NCBI GenBank assembly: GCA_963665325.3
Contig: OZ224045.1
Span: 1,600,001-1,664,000 of the forward strand
Reading direction: 5' to 3'
Length of the DNA stretch: 64,000 nt
DNA from: Alphaproteobacteria bacterium
Lineage (GTDB): Bacteria; Pseudomonadota; Alphaproteobacteria; Bin95
A model generated the notes under the pieces. The model was not told where the DNA came from, searched no databases, and was given only the letters and a program-made list of their open reading frames with translations. The position numbers and the translations under genes were made by a program. Positions 30,192-38,948 of the stretch are shown piece by piece; the first letter of the stretch is position 1, and every line of letters starts with the position of its first letter.

Positions 30192-31663
30192 GGCGCATCT
30201 CCCCGATCTTCGTCCTCGCCCGGACCGGGCGTCTTGTCATGGGGCAGCCAGGCCGGCGGCAGGCCGGTTGCGGCCTGGGCGTCGAGCATGCCCTTGAGCA
30301 GCGGCGGAAGTTCCCCCGTCCCCGCGCCGCCATTGCCATCGTTGCCGCCGGGGCCGGCGGGACGGCGCACGCCATCGGCGTTGCCGCGCTTGTCGAGGGG
30401 GTACAGCGTGCACAGGCGCTCGCCGCCTCGACCGTCGATCAGATCGACGCTGGCGAGGTTCCAGCGCGCGTAACGGATCCAGGCCTCGCGCAGGTGGCGC
30501 CACGGCTGTGGCACCTGGTAGCGGATGCCCTCGACCGAGACGGTGCCGTCCGAGCGCCTGAGCGTGCGCTTCCTGGTGATGCGGAAGGCCGCCTTGAGCT
30601 CGGCCGAGCCGGGGCAGGATCTCGACGCGTCGACGCTCCCGGCCAGGCGTTGATGCGGCGTCATGCCGAGCTCGCGGTGCTTGCGGCGGTGATAGTCCTG
30701 CTCCAGCCAGGCGATGGTGGCGTCGTTGAGCATCTTCAAGGTAAGCGCGTCGACGCCTTCGAGCTGAGCCATCAGGCGCGATTCGACCGTGCCCCAGAAC
30801 GACTCGATCTTGCCGTTCTGATGGGGGCTGTAAGCGAGCGTCGTGACCCCCGCGATGCCGAGCCGGTGCAACCCCTCCTCGACCTCGCCCGCGGTCATCG
30901 CCGCGCCGTTGTCGGTCAGCAGGGACCTCGGCAGACCGCGCTTCATGAAGGCCTGGCAAAGGCCGTGGACGAACACCTCGGCGGTCTCGGCGAGGTACCA
31001 CTGAAGGTGGCAGCCGAGGCGCGAGTGGTCGTCGAGGAAGCCGAGCAGGATCGGCGTCTTCCACTCGCCCGAGGCGGTCAGCACGCGACGCTTGGCGCTG
31101 TGCATGTCGGCGTGCCACAGGGCGTGAGAGCGCGAGACCTCGTAGCTCAATACCTCGCGGGCTTCGACCGCCGGCCTGGCCTCGCTCTCATGCCACTTGC
31201 GCCGGCGCTTGCGTACCAGCCCGCGAGCCCGCATCGCCCGGGTCAGCGTCGCGTAGGACGGTATCGGGCCGAGCTCGGGATCGGCCTCGACCCGCGCGGC
31301 CAGATTCTCGTGATGAAGCTGCGCCGACCACGACGGATGCGCCCGGTACTGCTCGTGCAGCGCCTCGATCAGCGTCGGCGACATCGCGCGCGGGCGCCCG
31401 GCATCGGCGCGCGGGCGCCGCTTGAGCGCCCCCACCGGATCGTTGTCCGCCGCCCGCGCCTGGTAGTACCAGCGCTCGATCGTGGACACCGCGAAGCGCA
31501 CCCGGCCCTTGCCGGACGGGTGATCCCACTCGCGTTCGGCAAGCCGCTCAAGCTCGGCGTGCAGCCGCCCCGCCGGCGGCGGCGAGGCCAGAAGCGGCCC
31601 GACCACCGCGAAGCGCAACCGCGCCCACCGGTCGCGACGCTCGCTCCCGTCGTTGCTGTTCAT
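30188..31663 (-). CDS. DDE transposase/integrase (rve core with Mu-like C-terminal domain)
   Basis: HTH STIERWYY, WHAD, FLDDHSR, LTDNG, NGKIESFW, YHRRKH..LG.TP, DGTVSVEG.RY.VP. Confidence 0.92.
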   Translation of the reverse strand: MNSNDGSERRDRWARLRFAVVGPLLASPPPAGRLHAELERLAEREWDHPSGKGRVRFAVSTIERWYYQARAADNDPVGALKRRPRADAGRPRAMSPTLIEALHEQYRAHPSWSAQLHHENLAARVEADPELGPIPSYATLTRAMRARGLVRKRRRKWHESEARPAVEAREVLSYEVSRSHALWHADMHSAKRRVLTASGEWKTPILLGFLDDHSRLGCHLQWYLAETAEVFVHGLCQAFMKRGLPRSLLTDNGAAMTAGEVEEGLHRLGIAGVTTLAYSPHQNGKIESFWGTVESRLMAQLEGVDALTLKMLNDATIAWLEQDYHRRKHRELGMTPHQRLAGSVDASRSCPGSAELKAAFRITRKRTLRRSDGTVSVEGIRYQVPQPWRHLREAWIRYARWNLASVDLIDGRGGERLCTLYPLDKRGNADGVRRPAGPGGNDGNGGAGTGELPPLLKGMLDAQAATGLPPAWLPHDKTPGPGEDEDRGDAP

Positions 31664-31711
31664 TCCGGCATCCCCCTCGCTGCTTCGTGGAGGTGCCGAT
31701 GATGCGGTGCC

Positions 31712-32326
31712 CTATCCGTGCATCATAGAAACGCTTTCTGCGGGCGAAGCCGGACCTGCGCCGAGCGCGCAAAAGCCGGTCCACGGCATCAGCCAGACCA
31801 GGCTCCGCAGCAGCCGCGAGCGGAAGCCACGGCCCCGCATGATGCGCAGCAGCCGGCGCAGCGGCGCCTCTTCGGGCGGCGCCGCCAGCTCGCCCCGTCT
31901 CGCCTGCCACTCCCGGGTCAGCGGGAAGGCTTCCAGCCACCAGCGCCGCCAGCGCTTCAGCGTCGAGGCCGGAACCCCGCACCGCCGCGCGATCGTCTGC
32001 AACCGCGCGCCGCCGGCCACAGCCAGCGCACTCACCACAAGGAACAGCGCCCCGACGTAAAAGCGCCTGCCGAAGAAACGCACCGACGGCGGCTTCACGC
32101 GGCGTCGGCACACCGAACAGCACAGGCTGAAGCGCCGAACGTCGTTCCGAAGATTCGCCGCCAGACCGTGCGGCTTGCGCGGGTAGCTCGCGCTGTGAAG
32201 CGCGCCGCCGCAGCGCGGGCAACCCGCCGCCCGGCACGCCTCCGCCTCGGCCGCGTCGACCTGCTTCAGAAAATCCCAAACCCGGGCGTTGGAGAGATTG
32301 GAGTGCCGGAACAGCTTGTGCGACAT
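31712..32326 (-). CDS. Zn-ribbon plus HTH accessory protein of the nested transposon (DUF6431-like)
   Basis: CPRC...CCSVC, HTH-like IARRCGVPASTLKRWRRWW; first gene of the transposase operon. Confidence 0.65.
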   Translation of the reverse strand: MSHKLFRHSNLSNARVWDFLKQVDAAEAEACRAAGCPRCGGALHSASYPRKPHGLAANLRNDVRRFSLCCSVCRRRVKPPSVRFFGRRFYVGALFLVVSALAVAGGARLQTIARRCGVPASTLKRWRRWWLEAFPLTREWQARRGELAAPPEEAPLRRLLRIMRGRGFRSRLLRSLVWLMPWTGFCALGAGPASPAESVSMMHG

Positions 32327-32478
32327 TGGGGCCGTCTCAGGTTGATGTCACTGTCACCGAGACAAGCCCTCCGGCGGCCTTCTTGCAAGATCGCCGGGGG
32401 GCACCCAATCCAAAACCTCGATTAATCCGAGCCGATCAGCCCCTGATCGCCGCTGAAAGCCTGCGCCCGCTCACCTAC

Positions 32479-33348
32479 AACCGCCGCTTCCAGGAGATGT
32501 GCTCGCACCATCTGGTGGAGCCAGTGGCGTGCACGCCAGGGGCGGGCTGGGAGAAGGGGCAGGTTGAGAAGCAGGTGGGAGACCTTCGCGGGCGTCTGTT
32601 CGCGCGCAGCCCGCGGGGCCGCTCCTACACCGAGATCAACGAGTGGCTGATGGATCGGTGCATCGAGGAGGCCAGGAAGCAGCCGCATCCGACGATCGAG
32701 GGCAAGACGGTGTGGCAGGTATTCGAGGAGGAGCGGCCCTTCCTGATGGCATACCGCGGTCCCTTCGACGGCTTCCATGCCAGCGAGGTGTCAGTCTCGA
32801 AGACCTGCCTGGTGCGCTTCGACAACAACCAGTACAGCGTCTCTGCCCGCGCGGTGGGACGGCCGGTGGACGTGCGGGCCTATGCCGAGCGGATCGTCAT
32901 CCGCCAGGACGGCGAGATCGTCGCCGAGCATCCCCGGAGCTTCGGGCGCGGTCGGTTCGTCTACGATCCGTGGCATTACGTGCCGATCCTGACGAGGAAG
33001 CCCGGCGCACTGAGGAACGGCGCACCCTTCAAGGACTGGCAGTTGCCCAACGCGCTGGGCCGCCTGCGAACCCGGCTCGCCGGCCACGACGACGGCGACC
33101 GGCAGTTCGTCAAGATCCTCGCGGCGGTGCTGGAGGACGGGCTGGAGGCGGTCGAGGCGGCCTGCGCCGAGGCGCTCGCCTGCGGCGCCTGCAGCGCCGA
33201 CGTCGTGCTCAACATCCTCGCCCGGCAGCGCCAGCCGGCACCGCCGGCAATCATCCCGACGCCCGAGGGCCTGAAGCTCCGCCACCAGCCGGTGGCCGAC
33301 TGTCAGCGCTACGACAGCCTGAGGGAGGCCGGTCATGGAGCGTCATGA
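32479..33348 (+). pseudogene. istA: IS21 transposase IstA, C-terminal half
   Basis: NRRF...CTPGAGWEKGQVE, VSKTCLVRFDNNQYSV, YDPWHY, KPGALRNGAPF. Confidence 0.92.
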
Positions 33349-34063
33349 TGTGCTGGAGATGATGACCCAGCTGAAGCTCGCAGGCATGCGAGCCGCCTAT
33401 GACGACATCCTCGCCGACGGGCTCAAGCGCCGTCATCCGGTGCAGCAGATCATCGGTACGCTGCTGCAGGTCGAGATCGCCGACAAGAGGGCACGCTCGA
33501 TCAAGTACCAGATGGCGTCCGCCAAGCTGCCCACGGCCAAGGAACTGGCCGACTTCGACTTCGCCGGCTCGCCGGTCAACGAGCCCCTGATCCAGGAGCT
33601 CGCCGGCGGCGGCTTCCTCGAGGGCCAGCGCAACATCGTCCTGGTCGGCGGCACCGGCACCGGCAAGACCCATCTCGCCGTCGCCGTCGCGCGCTCCTGC
33701 ATCCGCAAGGGCGCCCGTGGCCGCTGCTACAACGTCGTCGACCTGGTGAACCACCTCGAGGCCGAACTCCGTGCCGGGCGCCAGGGCCGCACCGCAGACC
33801 AGCTCGTCCGACGCGACTTCGTCATCCTCGACGAACTCGGCTACCTGCCCTTCGCCCAAGCCGGCGGACAGCTCCTCTTCCACCTCATGAGCCGGCTCTA
33901 CGAGCGAACCTCGATCGTCATCACCACCAACCTCGCCTTCGGCGAGTGGCCGTCCGTCTTCGGCGATCCCAAGATGACCACGGCGTTGCTCGATCGTCTC
34001 ACCCACCATTGCGAGATCATCGAGACCGGCAACGAGAGCTGGCGCTTCAAGAACCGCTCCTGA
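33335..34063 (+). CDS. istB: IS21 helper ATPase IstB
   Basis: [43 protein letters not shown]. Confidence 0.96.
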   Translation: MERHDVLEMMTQLKLAGMRAAYDDILADGLKRRHPVQQIIGTLLQVEIADKRARSIKYQMASAKLPTAKELADFDFAGSPVNEPLIQELAGGGFLEGQRNIVLVGGTGTGKTHLAVAVARSCIRKGARGRCYNVVDLVNHLEAELRAGRQGRTADQLVRRDFVILDELGYLPFAQAGGQLLFHLMSRLYERTSIVITTNLAFGEWPSVFGDPKMTTALLDRLTHHCEIIETGNESWRFKNRS

Positions 34064-34089
34064 CCCGCCGCCGGCCTCCCCTGCGGCCC

Positions 34090-34196
34090 GGTTGCCCCGG
34101 TGGGTCAACAGGGACCCCCCACGCGGCTTCGCTCCGCGTAGCGTGAGACGCTACACGAAGCCGCGCGGGTCCCCCCTATTGACTACCGGGACAACC
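34090..34196. repeat. Long imperfect inverted repeat in the IS21 right end
   Basis: About 40-nt arms GGTTGCCCCGGTGGGTCAACAGGGACCC...CGCGGCTTCG and CGAAGCCGCGCGGGTCCCCCCTATTGACTACCGGGACAACC, with inner TAGCGT-GAG-ACGCTA stem. Confidence 0.7.
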
Positions 34197-34264
34197 TCCA
34201 CCGTGCCTCTCAGGGGGTCAATTTTGCACGCCGATAGGGGGTCATTATTGAAAGCCGATTGACA

Positions 34265-37065
34265 GCCTCGGTTCCGAAGCCGTGCGCGCGGCCTTGTTCG
34301 ACCTCGAAAGGTTCGGCATCGCCAGCAACGACACGGTCCTGACTGCGTTCGTACATGTCGGGGTCGAGCATGCGTCGGGACGGCGGCTTGAGGCGGCCGG
34401 AGCGCTGGAGACGGCGCTGATCGAGCATATGCGCGAGGCGGCGCCCGAACTCGAAAGGGGCGAGACCTCCTCGCTTCATCTCAGGATTGCTTCGCAGGCA
34501 CTGCGGGACGGGGGACTGGCCGACCCGCTGCCCGAGCGCCTCTGGCGGATCGTCCGCGGCATCGCTTATGACGGCCGCGGCGAGGACGGGGCGGCCGGGA
34601 GCCTCTCGGTCCGCAAGCAGGATGCGGAGACCGCGCGCATAACGCTCAGGCGGGAATGGGACAGTCTGGAAGAGACTGCCCGTCTTCGGCGCGAGGCGGC
34701 AGCCTGCCTGCTGGAGCATCTGCTCTCCTGCCTGCCGGCAAGAAGCCGCGGCACCGATCTGCTCGCGGAGACCACGCTCGGCAAGCTGAACCGGGCGCTT
34801 GCGGACGACATGGTCCTGAGCGGCAAGGTCAGGTTCCCCGTGAAGCTGCTGGAACGCGCCCTGCTGTGGCTCCACGAACAGGAGGTCATCCGCCTCAACA
34901 AGGGACTGACGGTGTTCCGCCCGGCCATGACCCTTCGCCTGGACCGGGGAGAGCGCCGGGGCTTCACCAACGCCGATTTCGAGCCGCTCTCGCTCCACTA
35001 TGACGGGCAGGTGCGGCAGGTCCACGTCATGGCGGCATTCGCCGAGTGCGGCCTCGTCAGGATGAGGGACGCGCTTCGCCTGGCGGGGGACTACTTCGCC
35101 CTGAACGAGGCGGACTTCCTGAAGCGCTGGCTGCCCGGCCGCGACCGGGAGACCGGGCGGCAGACCACGCCCGCCTCCTGGCGGGCTATCGTCGAGAGCC
35201 TGAACAACCCCGTGCAGCAGCGGATCGTGGCCGACGACCGGGAGCGGACCAATGTGCTGGTGCTCGCAGGTCCGGGATCCGGCAAGACGCGCGTGCTGGT
35301 GCACCGCATCGCGTATCTCGTCCGGGTGAGGCGCGAAGACCCGCGCGGCATCCTGGCGCTTGCCTATAACCGCCATGCGGCGGTCGACATCCGGCGGCGC
35401 CTGGGCGAGCTGGTCGGCAACGATGCGCGGCGCGTGACGGTGCTGACCTGCCATGCGCTCGCGATGCGCCTTGCCGGCGCGAGCTTCACCGGCCGGGCGG
35501 AGAGCCCCGACGAGGAGATGTTCAGGGACGTGGTCCGGCGCGCCGTCGAGGTGCTGCAGGGCGCCGACCTGCCGTCGGAGGACGCCGACGAACGCCGGGA
35601 GCGGCTGCTCGCGGGCTTTCGCTGGATCCTGGTCGACGAATACCAGGACATAGCGGCGGAGCAGTACGACCTGATATCGGCGCTTGCCGGTCGCACGCGC
35701 GAAGACGAGGAAGGCAAACTCACCCTGTTCGCGGTCGGCGATGACGACCAGAACATCTATGCCTTCAACGGCGCCTCGGTGGAGTTCATCAGGCGGTTCG
35801 AGGCCGATTACGGCCCGAGGCCGGCCTATCTGACCGAAAACTACCGTTCCAGTGCCCATATCGTGGCGGCGGCCAATGCAGCGATCGCGCCGGCGCGCGA
35901 GCGGTTGAAGGCAGAGCATCCCGTCCAGATCGACCGGGCGCGCGCCAGGGCGCCGCGGGGTGGCGGATGGGAGCAGCTGGACCCGGTCGGGCGGGGACGG
36001 GTGCAGATCCTGCCGGCGGGCGCCGACGCGGTCTCGCAGGCGCGGACGGCGGTGGCGGAACTGCAGCGCCTGGCTGCACTCACGCCCGATTGGGACTGGT
36101 CCCGCTCTGCCGTCATCGCCCGCGAGTGGGACTATCTCGTCCCGGTCCGCGCCTGTTGCGAGGCGCTGGGCATTCCGGTGCAGATGGGCAATGAGGACAT
36201 TCCGTCGTTCTGGCGCCTGCGGGAGACGCGCTCGCTTGTCGAGTGGCTGAGGAGCCGGCAGCCCCGGATCGTCGACGGCGCGGCACTCATGGACCGGTTG
36301 GCGGCGTGTCCGTCGGACCGCTGGCACGACCTGCTGCGGCAGGCCATGGAGGAACACCGGCTGGAGACCGGGGGCGGCGAGACGCCGGCCGACCATTTCA
36401 TCGAATGGCTGGCCGAATGGGGCCGTGAGATACGCCGGCGGCAGCAGGGGCTGCTGCTGGTTTCCGCGCACCGGGCCAAGGGCCTCGAATTCAATCACGT
36501 GGCGGTACTGGACGGAAACTGGGATCGCATCGGGCCCGGCGAGGACAGGGACGCGCCCCGGCGGCTCTACTATGTCGCCATGACGCGGGCGCGGGAGACC
36601 CTGTCGCTGCTTCGGTTCGACAGCCCGCACCGGATACAGGATGCACTACAGGGCAATCCCTCGGTCCTGCGGCGCGAGCCGGTTCCTCTGGCGCCGGCAA
36701 CTCCGGCGCTGAACAACCGCTTCGTCCGGGCGAGCCTGAAGGACGTGGATCTGGGGTTCGCGGGGCGCCGCCGCGAACGGGACCTCATCCACCGCGCGAT
36801 TGCGGCGCTCGCGCCCGGCGATCCGCTCGAGACGCGGATAAACGAACGCGGACGCTGGCAGCTGCTGGATCGCTCGGGGAGAGTTGTCGGTCGCCTCGCT
36901 GCGGGCTTCGCGCCGCCTCGGGGATATCGGTGCCGCTCGGCCGAGGTCCTCGCGATCGTCGGCTGGAGCCGCGAGGCATCGGAACCCCAATTCCGGGACG
37001 ACATGAAATGCGAGGCTTGGGAGGCGGTGGTTCCGGAACTCGTGTTCGAGCCGGGAACCGGATAG
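34265..37065 (+). pseudogene. 3' part of a large helicase (UvrD/REP SF1 domain; probably a RecQ-UvrD fusion), 5'-truncated by IS21
   Basis: AGPGSGKT, LVDEYQD, VGDDDQNIYAF, ENYRS, HRAKGLEF, YVAMTRAR; frame starts abruptly at the IS end without a clear RBS. Confidence 0.8.
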
Positions 37066-37182
37066 GCGGAGCCGGCCCACAATGAGGTCAGCTCGACTTT
37101 CAGGACGCTGCATCCCGGCAAGGGCCGAGCCAGGCTGTCCGAATAGGCGAGGCCACTTCACCCAGTCTGGAAGGAAACGACG

Positions 37183-37623
37183 ATACCCGCAGAATCTATC
37201 GCTTACCTGAATCCGCCGAACACCTGCCCGGCCCAGGGGCTCTATTCACACGCCATGGCGGTACCTGCCGGCTCGACGCTGCTCATCGCCGGTCAGCTCT
37301 CCGTCGGGCGCGACGGTGGCGTGGTCGGCAAGAACGATTTCGACGCCCAGATGCGCCAGGTGTTGGACAATCTGGGCGCGGTCCTCGAAGGCACGGGCGT
37401 CCGCTTCAACCATATCGTCAAATTCACCACTTATCTCGTCCATTCCCAGGATATCGAGCGGTTCATGGCGATCCGGGCCGAGTTGTTTTCCGGGTTCTTC
37501 GGCGGCGAGGCGTATCCGCCGAATACGCTGCTGATCGACGACCGGCTGGCAAATGAGGAGTTCCCGGTCGAGATCGAGGCTGTCGTCTACGCCGACCCGG
37601 ACGGCGGCATGCGCCAGCCCTGA
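37183..37623 (+). CDS. RidA/YjgF family protein (start codon apparently ATA)
   Basis: NPP...GLYSHA, IAGQL, QMRQVLDNL, PPNTLL, VEIEAV; AGGA RBS precedes an in-frame ATA at 37183; first ATG is at 37255. Confidence 0.75.
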   Translation: MPAESIAYLNPPNTCPAQGLYSHAMAVPAGSTLLIAGQLSVGRDGGVVGKNDFDAQMRQVLDNLGAVLEGTGVRFNHIVKFTTYLVHSQDIERFMAIRAELFSGFFGGEAYPPNTLLIDDRLANEEFPVEIEAVVYADPDGGMRQP

Positions 37624-37734
37624 TGCCGGCGCGCGGCGGCGCGGGAACGGTCCGCCGGTTTATCCGCGGCCGGAGCGCCGTATCCGGGTTCGGAAGCCCC
37701 GCTTGCCCGCCTCCTCTTGGCGATCGTGCGCCGG

Positions 37735-38493
37735 CTACATGCTGGTCGCGCCGCCATCGACCACCATTTCGCCGCCGGTCATGTACGAGGCGGCGTCCGA
37801 CGCGAGAAACAGCACTGCCGCGACGACCTCGTCGATCGTCCCGATACGTCCCATGGGAACCCGGGTCACCCGCTCGGCCAGTACTGCCGGCTCGGACAAC
37901 GCACTCCGCAGCATTTCGGTGTCTATCGGGCCGGGAAGCACCGCGTTGCAACGGATGCCGTCCCCGGCATGCTGCGCCGCCGTCACCTTGGTGAATATCC
38001 GCACCGCGCCCTTGCTTGCGGCATAGGCGGGTTCCTGATGGGTCGACTGGCCGATACCGGCCACCGATACGATATTGACAATCGAACCGCCGCCGGACGC
38101 CCGCATCGCCGGTATCGCATGCTTTGTTCCGAGAAAGACACCGCGTGCATTCACGGCCTGCACCCGGTCCCATTCCTCCACCGTCCGATCCTCGATGGCT
38201 GCGCGGGCAATGACGATCGCGGCATTGTTCACCAGGATGTCGAGCCGGCCATGCGCTTCTATCGAGTAGCCGACCGCACGGCGCCAGTCGTCCTCCTTCG
38301 TCACATCCAGATGCCTGTAGGCCGCAACCCCGCCCGACGCCTCGATCCCGGCCTGAACGGCCGCGCCTTCCTGCTCGAGGATATCGCCGAAAACGACTGC
38401 CGCGCCCTCTGCCGCGAAGGCTCGCGCCTCTGCCGCGCCCTGTCCGCGAGCCCCGCCGCTGATCAGCGCAACCTTGCCATCGAATCTGCCCAT
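37735..38493 (-). CDS. Short-chain dehydrogenase/reductase
   Basis: SGGARGQG, NNAA, YAASK, PGPIDT, VDGG. Confidence 0.93.
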   Translation of the reverse strand: MGRFDGKVALISGGARGQGAAEARAFAAEGAAVVFGDILEQEGAAVQAGIEASGGVAAYRHLDVTKEDDWRRAVGYSIEAHGRLDILVNNAAIVIARAAIEDRTVEEWDRVQAVNARGVFLGTKHAIPAMRASGGGSIVNIVSVAGIGQSTHQEPAYAASKGAVRIFTKVTAAQHAGDGIRCNAVLPGPIDTEMLRSALSEPAVLAERVTRVPMGRIGTIDEVVAAVLFLASDAASYMTGGEMVVDGGATSM

Positions 38494-38674
38494 GTCGGTT
38501 CCCGTTTGCAGCAAGTTTGCAAGTGGCGCGAGCCTAGCGCCTCCTCGGCCTCGACGGAATGGCGCATGCCCAATACGGGACGGCCGTGGCGAAGGTGGAC
38601 CCGGTCTCGGCCACCGGGCAGCGCAAACCCCAGACCGCAGGGGGAGAGCAACGATGGCGGGAAGATGCCAGCCC

Positions 38675-38923
38675 ATGGCTGAGGCCGACCTCAGGGCGTT
38701 CGTTCCGATCCCCTTCCCCGAGATCGGGCCGGGGGTGAAGTTCAACGCCAATTTCTTCCGCAACCCGATGTGCCCGAATTTCGGGCCGGCGCCCGACCAC
38801 AAGAGCTATGCCGAGCGCTACAAGGTCGAGGCCTGTTCGGATTTCCTGTTCGACCGGCGTTACACATGCCTGGCCTGCGGAATGAGTTCGCGGCTATCCG
38901 GCTCTTGCGTGAATGGACGATGA
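38675..38923 (+). pseudogene. N-terminal fragment of a Cys-rich transposase-like protein
   Basis: NFFRNPMCPNFG...YTCLACG resembles the NFCxNPxCxNFG zinc-binding N-terminus of IS1/IS1595-like proteins; truncated. Confidence 0.4.
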
Positions 38924-38948
38924 CGCCGGGTAAGACCGTGACGGTCGG

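Larger units (their letters stand above)
28090..32473 (-). mobile_element. Four-gene Mu/Tn7/Tn552-superfamily-like transposon nested in istA
   Basis: Ends TGAG...CTCA with imperfect IR (14/21); exact 5-bp TSD CCTAC (28085-28089 and 32474-32478); removing it restores IstA GKERAY-NRRFQEMCSH. Confidence 0.9.
27330..34264 (+). mobile_element. IS21-family insertion sequence (about 2.55 kb native) carrying a nested 4.4-kb insertion
   Basis: TGT...ACA ends, each with two copies of the TGACCCCC motif (left TGTTGTTAAGCGTGGAAGATTGACCCCCT; right rc TGTCAATCGGCTTTCAATAATGACCCCCT); contains istA and istB. The left boundary could instead be 27333. Confidence 0.92.

Noticed and set aside
28363-30375. 670-aa ORF as one protein
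   Set aside because: The first half is a shadow frame over the ATPase gene; the real start is the GTG at 29361 overlapping the upstream stop.
28090-32473. Nested element as a CRISPR-associated or canonical Tn7 transposon
   Set aside because: No cas genes, array, TnsA or recognisable TniQ/TnsD lie between the TSD-defined ends.
27327-34267. GCC on both sides of IS21 as a target duplication
   Set aside because: Only 3 bp, shorter than usual for IS21, and the flanks belong to different genes.
34259-34290. TTGACA at the IS21 right end forming a hybrid promoter for the helicase
   Set aside because: No -10-like hexamer at 16-18 bp spacing (sequence there is GTGCGC).
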